A stretch of 64,000 nt of DNA from Cellvibrionales bacterium (GTDB lineage Bacteria; Pseudomonadota; Gammaproteobacteria; Pseudomonadales; UBA7434): contig JBGTQK010000001.1 in assembly GCA_041941365.1 (NCBI GenBank), positions 54,092-118,091 of the forward strand. Reading direction: 5' to 3'. The notes under the pieces were generated by a model. The model did no database searches and was not told where the DNA came from. It saw nothing but the letters and a program-made list of their open reading frames with translations. The translations under genes and the position numbers were made by a program. Shown here one piece after another: positions 1-10,700 of the stretch; within the stretch, counting starts at the first letter, position 1; the number at the start of each line of letters is the position of its first letter.

Positions 1-191
1 ATACCTGTGCCTACTGCTAACAAAGGTATAAGCAAAGCCGTTAGCGTAAGATGGATCGCTTCAGTAACCCATAGTACACTAACAAATGCGAGAATAGATA
101 AACCGATAGCAAGTTCTTTTTCCAGACCGCTGAATATAAAAATAACCAGAGCCAGAGAACCTGCAAAAAAAATAGATAATAACTTTAGCAC
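1..191 (-). CDS. N-terminal fragment of a DASS/SLC13-type anion:sodium symporter (continues past the left window edge)
   Basis: My own minus-strand translation from GTG 191-189 (AAGGA 6 nt upstream) gives VLKLLSIFFAGSLALVIFIFSGLEKELAIGLSILAFVSVLWVTEAIHLTLTALLIPLLAVGTG. The W-x-TEA...TALL-x-P signature after a first TM helix is typical of DASS permeases. It is absent from the ORF track because the frame is open to the edge. The plus-strand ORF 7..249 is its antisense shadow. Confidence 0.45.
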   Translation of the reverse strand, partial: MLKLLSIFFAGSLALVIFIFSGLEKELAIGLSILAFVSVLWVTEAIHLTLTALLIPLLAVGTG

Positions 192-433
192 TATTTTTCC
201 TTATTCTTCTGTTTTCCAATTTTTGTTATTGGCATATGTGGCTCGTTAAAAAATGGTAATAAAAGCAGTGTGCATTTAAATGATTTAGCATTTCTTATTT
301 AAAATAGATTAGAATCAGCATTGCTTTCTAATTTATCAAATCATGCTATTTTAATGGATTTGAAGGGTGGTGGATAATTAATTTTTATCCTTTTTATAAT
401 TTTAATAAACTCAATATTTTATTAGCACTTTTT

Positions 434-1042
434 TTGATTGTCGCGCTAGGGTTATCTCTGTCTGGTTTTTATATCACAATGACAGGGATTTTTTCCTTAC
501 AGTCTTTTGATATAAATAAAGCAATTGCCGAGTTACCTTATGATATTCAAGCGGTACTTAAGTTTGATTATCATATTCGAGTTGTACAAATCAGCTTTGC
601 TTTTATTACGCTGAGCTTTTTTGTTTTTGTCTGGTTATATTTGGCACTAAGAAATCTGGTGAGTATCAACAGAGAAATGCCAAAATCAATGAAAAATACA
701 CTCATTATCTATAAGCGTTTATTAATAGGTATTGTTTCTGCTTTAAAAATGTTGAACGAGCTATGGCAGCGTTCAATTCCAGATTCATACATAAAAAAAA
801 CAAATGACTGGATAGTGCCGTTAGCCTGGGGTCTGTTGATTGCAGCAAATGTATGTAAAATTGTTGCTGCTATTATTTATACAAATACAGTTAGTTTAGA
901 AAAATGGGTATTAGCTAGTTATTGGATGTTAGCTGCATATATTTTTTATATTGGCTTATTTATTTCCATTTGGTTTTTGGCGAGATATATCAGTTATTTC
1001 CAGCAAATAAAGTGGAAGCAAAAGGCAAGGAGTTTTGCCTGA
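434..1042 (+). CDS. hypothetical multi-pass membrane protein
   Basis: 202-aa ORF with several long hydrophobic segments and no family motif I recognise. The start is uncertain (TTG 434 or in-frame ATG 479). Confidence 0.5.
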   Translation: MIVALGLSLSGFYITMTGIFSLQSFDINKAIAELPYDIQAVLKFDYHIRVVQISFAFITLSFFVFVWLYLALRNLVSINREMPKSMKNTLIIYKRLLIGIVSALKMLNELWQRSIPDSYIKKTNDWIVPLAWGLLIAANVCKIVAAIIYTNTVSLEKWVLASYWMLAAYIFYIGLFISIWFLARYISYFQQIKWKQKARSFA

Positions 1043-1060
1043 AGAATCAATCGTGCGATT

Positions 1061-3988
1061 TTAAAGTGATTGAATAGTTATATCTTCTTTTTCACATAGC
1101 GTATGATATTGTTCTTTTTCGCCTTCGTGAGTGATAACGCCTATACTCGCTTTTTCCGGTTGCAGATAAGCTTCCACTACATGTTTTAAATCATTTGCTG
1201 TCACTTGCATAACCGCTTCTCTGTATTCATTATGGTGTTCAGGTGTGCGACCGAATAATAAATTATGAAAATGATGTTTGGCAGTACCAGCTGGTGAGGC
1301 CGGTTTGTCAAGAGACGATATGACACCAAGAATAGCTTCTTCAACCATTCGCCATTCCAGCTTTGTGCCAAGTAACCATTCTAATGATTTGTCAAAGTCA
1401 TTCAGTGTTTCTGTTAGTCTGGGATCTCTATAGGAATAAAAGCGGAATGTTGCATTGGTTGAGTCATGTGATGCGCCACCACCATAAGCGCCTCCTTGTT
1501 CTCGTATTGCTGTATGTAAATAGTTGTTGCGTAATACGCCTGCAAGTACGGTGAGGCTAGCAGCATCTTTGTGGCTTGATGTGACAGTAGGATAAGCTTT
1601 GGCGCAGAAGTTTACCTGTGTATTACAAAGCCATAATTCTCTTGCCTGATTGCGGCATTGATCCAATGTTAGAAGGTTGGATGAATTATTATTTGTTTCT
1701 TCCCAGATTTTCTGGTTTGTTTTCAATAAATCATTCTGGTGAATTTCTTCTGCTACAGTGAGAAACTGTTTTTCACTAGCAGTTAATGTTTTATGCAGTG
1801 ATGTAAACTGTTCACCAAGTCGGTTAAGTGAGTTGCTGTCTTTTACTTCTTCGTTTAATGTTTTCAGGCGTTTAATACCTAAAATTCCTGAGTTTCGGTA
1901 GGTCATAGCTGAAACAGGGCTCATTCCCTGGCATGCTATACCCATTGCCAGACTATGACCATTACCTGTCACTGATTGTTGTGCACGGGCAGAAGCTTGA
2001 GCAATCATTTCTGCAATGCGTTGTTGTTCATCAAAGCGTGCATTGTGATAAGTGTTGTGCATAAGCTCTGAAATTGCTTCGCTTTTAGAAACGAGTCCTT
2101 TTGCAGAGAGAGTCATGTATCCACGAATAGCTTGTTCGTTATCCCGTTCTGCACGAATAGAGCTATAGGCATTGATACTGCCACAGACTTTTGTTTGTAG
2201 ATCCTGAGTTTGCAGATAATCGTTGTTGCCTATGCCAACTTCAGTAAGAAAGCGATTATGCAACCCTAACAAATCCAGTTGTTCTTCACTAAGGTCAGGT
2301 AATTTTGTAATGATTTGTTGATAAATTAGCCCATTAGTGCCCTGTGGGTAGAATGTTAGGTCTGACTGACTAATCCTGTGTTTGAAAGAAGCAGGTGGGG
2401 CGATGCTTTCTGGTACATCTTTTAAGCCAACGCTAGGTAAAACTTCCGGATCATCGACAGAACTTTGTCTTTCTAGTAATGCCTTTGCTGTTTCAACAAT
2501 TTTATTTTTACTTTCGTCATCAAGATTTGATTTTATCTGGCTTAGTTTTTTCGTTTCTTCTTTAATTTTGTTTTCTGCCAGATTTAAATCAGGTGATAGG
2601 GTGATGGTTGCGCGATGAGGGTTATTGAGCAGTAATTCTTGTACGCAGGCTTTTACAAAATCGGGTTTTTGAATTTCTTCCCTTAGTTTTAGTAGAATGG
2701 GATCAATATTTAAAGCGGTTAATGGTTCACCTCTATGCATAGCGGTAGCAATGCAAGAGAGCATAAGTTGTAATCCATAAGGGTAGCTGTCTCCACTGAT
2801 TTCTCGCTGTTGTAATTCTAATTGATCCAGCAGGGCTTCGAGTTGTTCTTGTGCTACTCCATTCTCAACGACATTGGTTAAAGTTGTTTCTATTAGAGCT
2901 TCAAATGCTTGTTTAGAGTCTTCTTTACAGCCTTCCAGCCCACAGACAAAAACCATTTCGAGGCCAGAGTCATCCAGTCCGCATAGTGGTGAAGGAGCCT
3001 GACCCAATTCAGTTGTTTCGAGAGCATGTTGCAGAGGAGAGGCGCTATTTTCTAACAGTATGCTTGAGAGTAAGTGTGCCCGCATGAGCTCTAAAGGATC
3101 TTTTATATCACCAATCACCCATGCCATAACTTGATGAGTGGCATTATCTTTTTGTTCTTGGTCTTGTGCCTGATAATCCTGTTCATAGTGTTTGGTTTTT
3201 TCAAACGGTGTTTGTAAAGGTACACTGATGACTTTGTTCTGTGGTGAAAAATGTTGTAGGGCAAGCTGCTCAAATTTTTCCTGGTGAGTTTTCGCTGGAA
3301 TGTCACCAAACGTCATAAACACGGCATTATCAGGGTGATAGTGAACCTTGTAAAAGTCTTTGAGCTGTTCATAGCTTAAGTCGGGAATAGCTTCTGGCTC
3401 TCCACCACTATTGTGTCCATAAGTAGTATTCGGGAATAACGCTTTTCCTATGGCTTGCCATAATTGTGAAGTGATAGAGCTCATTGCCCCTTTCATCTCA
3501 TTAAAAACCACGCCTTTATAGAGCAGTTCACTTTCTGGATTGTCGGGAGTTGCAAATTCAAGCCGATGTCCTTCTTGTGCAAAATCGAGAGGATCGAGTC
3601 GAGCAAAAAATACAGCATCCAGATATACAGAAAGCAGGTTATCAAAGTCTTTTTTACTTTGGCTGGCAAAAGGGTAGGCTGTCCAGTCAGAACTGGTAAA
3701 AGCATTCATAAAAGTATTAAGAGAGCGTCTGGTCATCATAAAAAACGGATCTCTTACAGGGTATTTTTTACTGCCACAAAGACTCGTGTGTTCCAGGATA
3801 TGTGCAACGCCTGTTGAATCTGTTGGGACGGTACGTAATGCGACCAGAAAAACATTTTCCGGATTATCCGAAGCTAAGTGGATATGTTTGGCTGAGGTTC
3901 GGTTGTGTTGGTATTCCTGATAAGTAACATTGAGAGAGTCGATTTTTTGTTCTTTTATTAAAGAAAAAGTTGGTGTCATACTATTCAT
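1061..3988 (-). CDS. M16C (presequence-protease/PreP-like) zinc metallopeptidase, insulinase family
   Basis: 975 aa. Inverted zinc motif HILEH in GVAHILEHTSLCGSKKYP. The size and four-domain length match PreP/Cym1-type M16C peptidases. No signal peptide. Confidence 0.85.
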   Translation of the reverse strand: MNSMTPTFSLIKEQKIDSLNVTYQEYQHNRTSAKHIHLASDNPENVFLVALRTVPTDSTGVAHILEHTSLCGSKKYPVRDPFFMMTRRSLNTFMNAFTSSDWTAYPFASQSKKDFDNLLSVYLDAVFFARLDPLDFAQEGHRLEFATPDNPESELLYKGVVFNEMKGAMSSITSQLWQAIGKALFPNTTYGHNSGGEPEAIPDLSYEQLKDFYKVHYHPDNAVFMTFGDIPAKTHQEKFEQLALQHFSPQNKVISVPLQTPFEKTKHYEQDYQAQDQEQKDNATHQVMAWVIGDIKDPLELMRAHLLSSILLENSASPLQHALETTELGQAPSPLCGLDDSGLEMVFVCGLEGCKEDSKQAFEALIETTLTNVVENGVAQEQLEALLDQLELQQREISGDSYPYGLQLMLSCIATAMHRGEPLTALNIDPILLKLREEIQKPDFVKACVQELLLNNPHRATITLSPDLNLAENKIKEETKKLSQIKSNLDDESKNKIVETAKALLERQSSVDDPEVLPSVGLKDVPESIAPPASFKHRISQSDLTFYPQGTNGLIYQQIITKLPDLSEEQLDLLGLHNRFLTEVGIGNNDYLQTQDLQTKVCGSINAYSSIRAERDNEQAIRGYMTLSAKGLVSKSEAISELMHNTYHNARFDEQQRIAEMIAQASARAQQSVTGNGHSLAMGIACQGMSPVSAMTYRNSGILGIKRLKTLNEEVKDSNSLNRLGEQFTSLHKTLTASEKQFLTVAEEIHQNDLLKTNQKIWEETNNNSSNLLTLDQCRNQARELWLCNTQVNFCAKAYPTVTSSHKDAASLTVLAGVLRNNYLHTAIREQGGAYGGGASHDSTNATFRFYSYRDPRLTETLNDFDKSLEWLLGTKLEWRMVEEAILGVISSLDKPASPAGTAKHHFHNLLFGRTPEHHNEYREAVMQVTANDLKHVVEAYLQPEKASIGVITHEGEKEQYHTLCEKEDITIQSL

Positions 3989-4022
3989 AAATTTGAGTCT
4001 TTAAGTCGATAGTCCAGTACGT

Positions 4023-4919
4023 CTAATTTTTTTGAAAAATCTGTATTTCGTATATATGTGACCAGTATTTGCCGGTGACAAGAAGGTTTCCATTATCAGC
4101 TCTGTAGGCAATTCCGTTAGTTACGTCAATACTGCCCAGAGTGGATTCATGTTGGTGTAAAGCTGTTAAATCTACCAGAGCGAAGGCTTTTGCTGTAGAT
4201 GGATTAATTAAAGCAATTGCATGACTTTGCCAAATGTTGGCTAGTATACATTGATTGACAGTTTCCAGTTCATTTAGTTTTCTTAGCGGACGATTAAAGT
4301 AGGTAACATTCAGAGTTTTTTCTGTTTCCAGTGTTTTGCTATCTCTGATTTTGAGTGTAGCGGTACCATCCGAGGTAACAAGCTTGTTATTCAGTACCGT
4401 TACTCCCCAACCATGATTATCAATAGTGAGGCTCTCCGATAGTGAAAAACCATCGTCAGTTTCTTGATAAACAAATACTGTACCTGATTTCCAGGTAAGT
4501 TGTACCCATTCATTCGATCCTTGTAGTTCAGAAGAAGGGCGTTTAGTTAAACCTTCTGCAAAATAGTTGTTTTCAAGTCTGAGCGTTTGCGCTTTGTTTT
4601 GTATGTCTGGTGTACTACCTAATGGGTAACGCAGCAGTTTTGATTTCATATAAAGCCCGGAAGACTCATAAATAAACCCTTTATGATAGTAAAAGCCCTG
4701 GGTAAATAATTTTGGATGGTGGGGGTATTTTGCTATAACTTTAATCTTTAGTTTGTCGGGTTTTATGACAGGCGTTTCTTTATTACAGTCAAACGAATAA
4801 GGTGTAATTGTAGGTTGATTCTCAGTGCTGGACTTATTGTTACTCTCACAAGCATTCAATAAAGAAATAGCTATCATTAAAGTGATAATCGTAAAGTTGT
4901 TTTTAAATAAAGCTTTCAT
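4023..4919 (-). CDS. plant-type (beta-propeller) glutaminyl-peptide cyclotransferase, probable lipoprotein
   Basis: 298 aa. The signal ends in LLNAC (lipobox-like). Motifs FTQGFYY..ESSGLY, QLTWKSG, GWGVT, LNELE..ANIW, NGIAY..LLVTGKYW match the PF05096 glutamine cyclotransferase pattern. Confidence 0.75.
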   Translation of the reverse strand: MKALFKNNFTIITLMIAISLLNACESNNKSSTENQPTITPYSFDCNKETPVIKPDKLKIKVIAKYPHHPKLFTQGFYYHKGFIYESSGLYMKSKLLRYPLGSTPDIQNKAQTLRLENNYFAEGLTKRPSSELQGSNEWVQLTWKSGTVFVYQETDDGFSLSESLTIDNHGWGVTVLNNKLVTSDGTATLKIRDSKTLETEKTLNVTYFNRPLRKLNELETVNQCILANIWQSHAIALINPSTAKAFALVDLTALHQHESTLGSIDVTNGIAYRADNGNLLVTGKYWSHIYEIQIFQKN

Positions 4920-4945
4920 GATTGCCCTTGTTGCCTAACTCAGCT

Positions 4946-7072
4946 TTATAACGGGTTACGTATAATGCCACGCAGTAAGAAGCGACTGGGTGATAATGCC
5001 TGTCGTAGTGTATCACTCAGCGGGTAAGGAGTGTTGTTGATTTCTGCATTGATAATTTCAGAAGCCATAGGAGCATAAGTCAGTCCGTGAGATCCCAGGC
5101 CTGTTAGAACATATAGTCCTTTATACAGTTTTGGTATTGATTCCACATTTTTTCGTGCATCCTTGCTCAAATAATCATAATCTGTTTTAAAGTATTCTGG
5201 TTCTACTACAGCACCGACTATAGGCATATAGTCCGGAATTGTTGCTCTGAATCCTACGTTATTCCCGTATGCTGAAAATACAGGTTCATGATTAAACAGT
5301 GATTGTGCTTTTTCAATATTTTCATGTTGCTCCTGTAGACTGATATCTTTTTTAAAATTATTAAGAGCAAAACTTGCGCCACAGCAATGTAAGGGTGTTG
5401 ATGAGTTGCTTAACGAGGTCGAGGCAATTGGTGTAATATAACCTTTACCACAAACAGCAATTTTTAACGCTGACGTTTCACTGGTAGCCATAATATTAGT
5501 TGTCTGCCCTCGTAAGGGTTTAATGGGTAACCATGCTGTTTGAGCGATATTATTGCTATCTGAGCCACAGCAAATAATAACGTTAGAAAATGTCTGGCTG
5601 CTAATGTTTGTGCGCCATAGACCTTCTTCGAGCTGGTGGATGTTTTCAACAGGAAAATTCAGATTAACAGTAATATTATTATGATTAAGTAAATATTCGG
5701 ATAAAGCGCGAGTATGAATAAACCCTGAATCCGGATAAAAAATCCCATTCGAAGAAAGTTTTATACCTGCTTTTTTTTCAAGTTCTAACTGATTTATATT
5801 ATTTCTGGAAATGGTTTCGGGGTGTTCATTTAGCCACTTATCAGATAGTGTTTCATTTAATTTAACCATACCACTTAGTTTTATAGCATTACATTTATCT
5901 GCAATATACCTGTAATAGCGAATAGCAAAATGATAAGCAGCTTCATGAAAATCTGCATGTGATGATGGCTTGGCAGCAGTTCTTGCGTAAATGATGCCAG
6001 CCAGATTTCCGGAAGCCTCATTGCTTACAATACTATTTTTATCAACAACAGTGACTTTCCAGTTTTTTTGTGCCAATGAATGTGCAACAAAACTTCCCGC
6101 TATACCCGAACCGATTACCAATACAGAGTTATTGTTACTGTTGAGCCGGGAATTTTTATGATGGTGATCTCTATAAAAGTAGCATAAGCGATGATCCCCT
6201 TTGTCAGGCTGTTTTGTGTTTGTATTGATTGCACTGACAGCTTCTTCGGGTAAATAGGTAGCACTAAGCATATCTCGCTTATTACCAAAACCTTTTTGTT
6301 TTACATAGTTAAAGTTATTAAGTGTTAATGCATCTTTTACGGTACGTGCTGAGGTGAAAGTTGCGAGGGTTGTTTTTGTTTTGCTGTGTCTGGAGATTTT
6401 TTTAAATAGCTCCTTGCTCCACATATTCGGGTTTTCTGATGGGGCAAACCCATCCATAAACCAGGCATCCATTTTAATATCATTTTTTGGAGAAAAAGGG
6501 TAGTGTTCGAGAAAATCTAACGATTTAAGACTATCTTCAAAAAATAGATGCAATTTTATTTTACATAAACTGTCGGTATAAAAATCTATAAAATAATTTC
6601 TGGCGATTGGGTCCGGGTATAAATCGAGTAATATTTGTGATAATTCCGGTAGAGGGTTGTAGACTGCAAACGCTTTTTCAAGAGCGGGTTGAGTAAAAGG
6701 AAATTTTTCAGCACTAAAATAATGCAGCGTTGGTTGCTTTTCTTTGGGTATATCTTTAAATATCTTTATCCATTGATTCACACAGCAAATAAAATTAAGC
6801 CCTGTGCCAAAACCGGTTTCAAAGATATTGAAGCTTTGTGAATCATGGTTATTATTATTTTGAACGATAGACTCAGCCCAGGCTTGCCAGCGATGGAGCA
6901 ACTGGTTTCCTTCAATAAAAACATGTTGAGTTTCTTCAGCACCCGATTGAGGGTAATAGTAAAAATCATCAAATCGTGTAGAGCGTAAACCACCCTTGGA
7001 ATCTGTCCATAAGTGTTTGCATGTTGTAGGTTCTATCGATGTTGTTTCAATAGCTGTATCAGTTTGCCCCAT
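4946..7072 (-). CDS. mnmC: bifunctional tRNA (mnm5s2U34) methyltransferase / FAD-dependent cmnm5s2U34 oxidoreductase
   Basis: 708 aa. N-terminal methyltransferase motifs FETGFGTGLNF and DGFAPSENPNMW. C-terminal FAD dinucleotide fold VLVIGSGIAGS. Confidence 0.85.
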   Translation of the reverse strand: MGQTDTAIETTSIEPTTCKHLWTDSKGGLRSTRFDDFYYYPQSGAEETQHVFIEGNQLLHRWQAWAESIVQNNNNHDSQSFNIFETGFGTGLNFICCVNQWIKIFKDIPKEKQPTLHYFSAEKFPFTQPALEKAFAVYNPLPELSQILLDLYPDPIARNYFIDFYTDSLCKIKLHLFFEDSLKSLDFLEHYPFSPKNDIKMDAWFMDGFAPSENPNMWSKELFKKISRHSKTKTTLATFTSARTVKDALTLNNFNYVKQKGFGNKRDMLSATYLPEEAVSAINTNTKQPDKGDHRLCYFYRDHHHKNSRLNSNNNSVLVIGSGIAGSFVAHSLAQKNWKVTVVDKNSIVSNEASGNLAGIIYARTAAKPSSHADFHEAAYHFAIRYYRYIADKCNAIKLSGMVKLNETLSDKWLNEHPETISRNNINQLELEKKAGIKLSSNGIFYPDSGFIHTRALSEYLLNHNNITVNLNFPVENIHQLEEGLWRTNISSQTFSNVIICCGSDSNNIAQTAWLPIKPLRGQTTNIMATSETSALKIAVCGKGYITPIASTSLSNSSTPLHCCGASFALNNFKKDISLQEQHENIEKAQSLFNHEPVFSAYGNNVGFRATIPDYMPIVGAVVEPEYFKTDYDYLSKDARKNVESIPKLYKGLYVLTGLGSHGLTYAPMASEIINAEINNTPYPLSDTLRQALSPSRFLLRGIIRNPL

Positions 7073-7138
7073 AGTTAATACTTGAGCGACTTACGTTTTA
7101 ATTAATCAGGATAAAGAGAAATTATCTAATGAAAAGAA

Positions 7139-7522
7139 TTACATTAAGAATCTGTCAGTTGCCACTAGAATAAAAGCAAGCGCAGTAAAATTGAGAGACA
7201 AAAACACAGCGGCCGATCCCATATCTTTAGCTCTGCCGGCCAATTCATGGTATTCGATGCCAACCCGGTCCACAACAGCTTCTATACCTGAATTTAATAA
7301 TTCAACAATCAGTACCAGTACGACACAACCTAATAGAAGTAACTTTTGGGTAATTCCCTGTCCAAGCCAGAAAGCCAGCGGTGTAAAAAAAAGTGCTAAC
7401 GTCATTTCCTGTCTAAACGCACTTTCATGTTTCCAGCTTGCTCTTAAGCCTTGCAAAGAAATTTTTCCTGCTTTAATTATTCGCGTTAAGCCGGTTCCAT
7501 TGCCCATTGGGTGGTGTGCCAT
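7139..7522 (-). CDS. dgkA: diacylglycerol kinase
   Basis: 127 aa with three TM segments. The conserved ESAFRQE and SGIEAVVDR-type motifs are typical of DgkA. Confidence 0.85.
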   Translation of the reverse strand: MAHHPMGNGTGLTRIIKAGKISLQGLRASWKHESAFRQEMTLALFFTPLAFWLGQGITQKLLLLGCVVLVLIVELLNSGIEAVVDRVGIEYHELAGRAKDMGSAAVFLSLNFTALAFILVATDRFLM

Positions 7523-7720
7523 GTGAAGTCTCCAGATGTATTAATGGCTAATATTATAAGTTAACCTTTAGAGGCTTGATTTTTCTATTAAAAAGTATGA
7601 TCAGCAGTTCTCACCTGATACTCGAGTTTCGGTGCCTGTTGGTCAAAAATTTTGTTATTATCCGCGCCCTTGCTATTTTGAGCAAGTTTTTGTCTTTATT
7701 TATCAGGTATTTAATTTTTA

Positions 7721-10700
7721 ATGGCCACTGCTAATATCAATAAAACTGTAGACATAGAGCAAATTGCTCTTTGGAGCGAAGATGAGTGGTGTTCATTATT
7801 TGAAAAAGAAGATGCGGATATATTTATATCTAAAAAAGTAATACCCAATTTATTATTGAAAGATCGTTTTCATTTGGAAAAAAAATTCAGGAAAATGATC
7901 AAACAATGTCAAACGGATAATTTGCAACACAGGGATAGAGAACCGCTACAAAAATTAATACAACAAGTTCGCCTGTCGTTGAACATAATAAAACAACGAT
8001 GTGAACAAATAAAGCAAACAGATTTTAGTAAACAACAAGCTTTACCCATAATTGCATGCAAGCAGGGTATTGCCGATGCACTTGAAAAACACCAGGTTGT
8101 TATTGTTGCTGGTGAAACGGGTTCAGGGAAAACAACACAGCTACCTAAAATCTGTTTGGAAATGGATCGGGGCATTTATGGACGTATTGGGCATACCCAG
8201 CCAAGGCGGTTAGCAGCAAGAACAGTAGCAACCCGTATTGCTGAAGAGCTTGAAGTAGAGATGGGAGAGGCTGTCGGTTATCAATTTCGATTTAATGATC
8301 GTGTGAGTGATTCAACACGAGTAAAAGTGATGACGGACGGTATTCTGTTAGCAGAAATTGCGCATGATCGATTTTTAACTCAATATGATACTTTAATTAT
8401 TGATGAGGCGCATGAAAGAAGTTTAACCATTGATTTTTTGTTAGGTTATCTTAAAGGTTTAATCAAAAGACGAGCAGAATTAAAATTGATTGTCACCTCA
8501 GCAACAATTGATGTAAAACGATTTGCTGATTATTTTGACAATGCACCTGTTGTAGAAGTGCCCGGCCGTAGTTACCCGGTAGATATTATTTATTTACCTG
8601 ATGAGCTTTCTGGTACGCTGTCTGACGTATCGATTTCGGGTGCTGAAAAAGAAGAAAATGAAAATAAAGATGATTCGTTAGGAAGTCAATTACAAACAGC
8701 TCTGGATATGATTGAATCCGTTGCTTCGGATAAGGCAGGTAGTTCTGAGGCATGCGATGTACTGGTATTCTTGCCTGGTGAGAGAGAAATACGTGAATCA
8801 AGTCGTTATCTTCGAAATAATAAAGTCGCCTATCAAATCCTTCCACTATATGCACGTCTGACACAGGTAGAGCAACAAAAGATTTTTTCGATATCAGATA
8901 AAAGCAGGGCAGGGTTTAAAAGAAGAGTTATATTGGCAACCAATGTGGCTGAAACATCGGTAACGGTGCCAGGTATTGGTTTTGTTATTGATACGGGTAA
9001 AGCTAGAATAAGCCGTTATAGTGCCAGAAGTAAATTGCAACGATTGCCGGTAGAGTCAATATCGAAAGCCAGCGCTAACCAAAGAGCAGGGCGGTGCGGA
9101 CGCATAGCACCGGGAACCTGTATTCGTCTCTATGAAGAAACTGATTTTGAAGCGAGACCGGATTTTACAGAGCCTGAAATTTTAAGAACTAACCTGGCTG
9201 CTGTGATTTTACAGATGAAGCATTTGGGATTAGGAGAAATCGATCATTTCCCTTTTATTGATAGCCCAACCGTGCAGCAAATTAAAGCTGGTGTAAAAGC
9301 GTTGTTTCACTTGGGGGCAATCAATGAAAGTGAACAGCTTACTTCTACAGGTAAAAAGCTGGTCAGATTACCTGTCGATCCATCGTTAGCTCGAATGCTA
9401 ATAGCTGCTGTAGAGAATCAATGTTTAGCCGAAGTGTTAGTCGTTGTAAGTGCATTGGCTGTTCAGGATCCACGAGAATTTCCAGCTGATAAGCGATCAC
9501 AATCAGAAGAAAAGCACAGTCGGTTTAAAGACAAGCGTTCGGATTTTCTCAGCTTTATTTATTTATGGAGCTATCTGGAGCAATTACGTTCTGAGCTTTC
9601 ACAAAACCAGTTTCGTAAACGTTGCCAACAGGAGTTTCTGTCTTATACACGAGTAAGAGAGTGGCGTGATTTACACCATCAATTGGTACTTGCCATAAGA
9701 GATTTAAAATTGGCAACATCAGTTTCCATGCGAAGTGATCAGTTTGAGAAACTGATTGAAATTGGTGAGAGTGGGCTTCAGAAAACATTAATGGATTCTG
9801 TTTTTTCCGAAAAGATACACCGTTCAATTCTGGTGGGAGTGCCATTGAATATAGGAATGCGAGAGGAAATAACTAATCATTCAAACGAAAATAATAAAAA
9901 GGATAAAGTATTTCAAAAAAATAAAGGGCAGTATCTTGGTGTAAGAGGCTTAAAGTTCTTTCCATTTCCTGCGTCATCGATGTTTAAAGTACTGCCAAAA
10001 TGGATACTGGCCGCAGAAATTGTCGAGACGCGAAAAGTCTATGCCCGCATAGCAGCCAGTATTCAGAAAGAGTGGATAGTCAATGATTTATCGCATTTAT
10101 TGGTTCATGAGTATGCTGAACCCTTTTGGCACAAAAAAAGAGGACAGGTGTTAGCTAAACGCAGTAGTTTATTTTTTGGCTTGAAGGTTGAGAGTGGAAA
10201 GTTGGTAGATTATGAAAAAATTGATTCCGAGAAGAGTCGAACTCTATTTATTGCTGATGCGTTGGTTGAGCAGGAATTAAATCCGGAACCTCATTTATTG
10301 AAGCAGGCTGAATTCTGGCAACATAATGAAAAAGTTATTGAAAAAGTAAAGGCTCTGGAAGATAAATGCAGGCGACGTGATCTAATGGTGGATGCGGCTG
10401 CATTATATGCTTTTTATGATCAATATTTACCGAGTGGTATAGCAAGTAGAACCTCTTTATTGCGTCATTTAAAGCAAGAGAAATCATCCGACTTTAATCA
10501 AACACTAAAATTAACTGAAAATGATGTGTTATTAAAGCCGGTAACTACTAATGCTGAAGCTCAATTTCCTGACAGCTTGCTGATTGATAATAAGCGAATC
10601 AAATTGCAATACAGTTTTAGTCCTGGTGAAGAACAAGATGGTGTTACAGCGGAGATTAATTTACACGATATCTCTGAATTACCAATTTATGCTTTTGATT

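Noticed and set aside
7-249. 80-aa plus-strand ORF at the window start
   Set aside because: It is antisense to a much more convincing membrane-transporter N-terminus (DASS-like) read on the minus strand. Its composition looks like a shadow ORF.
7669-7691. Small hairpin (CTTGCT/AGCAAG) plus T-run 30 nt upstream of the hrpA start
   Set aside because: It has only 6 bp and no plus-strand gene upstream to terminate. It is too weak to call as an attenuator.
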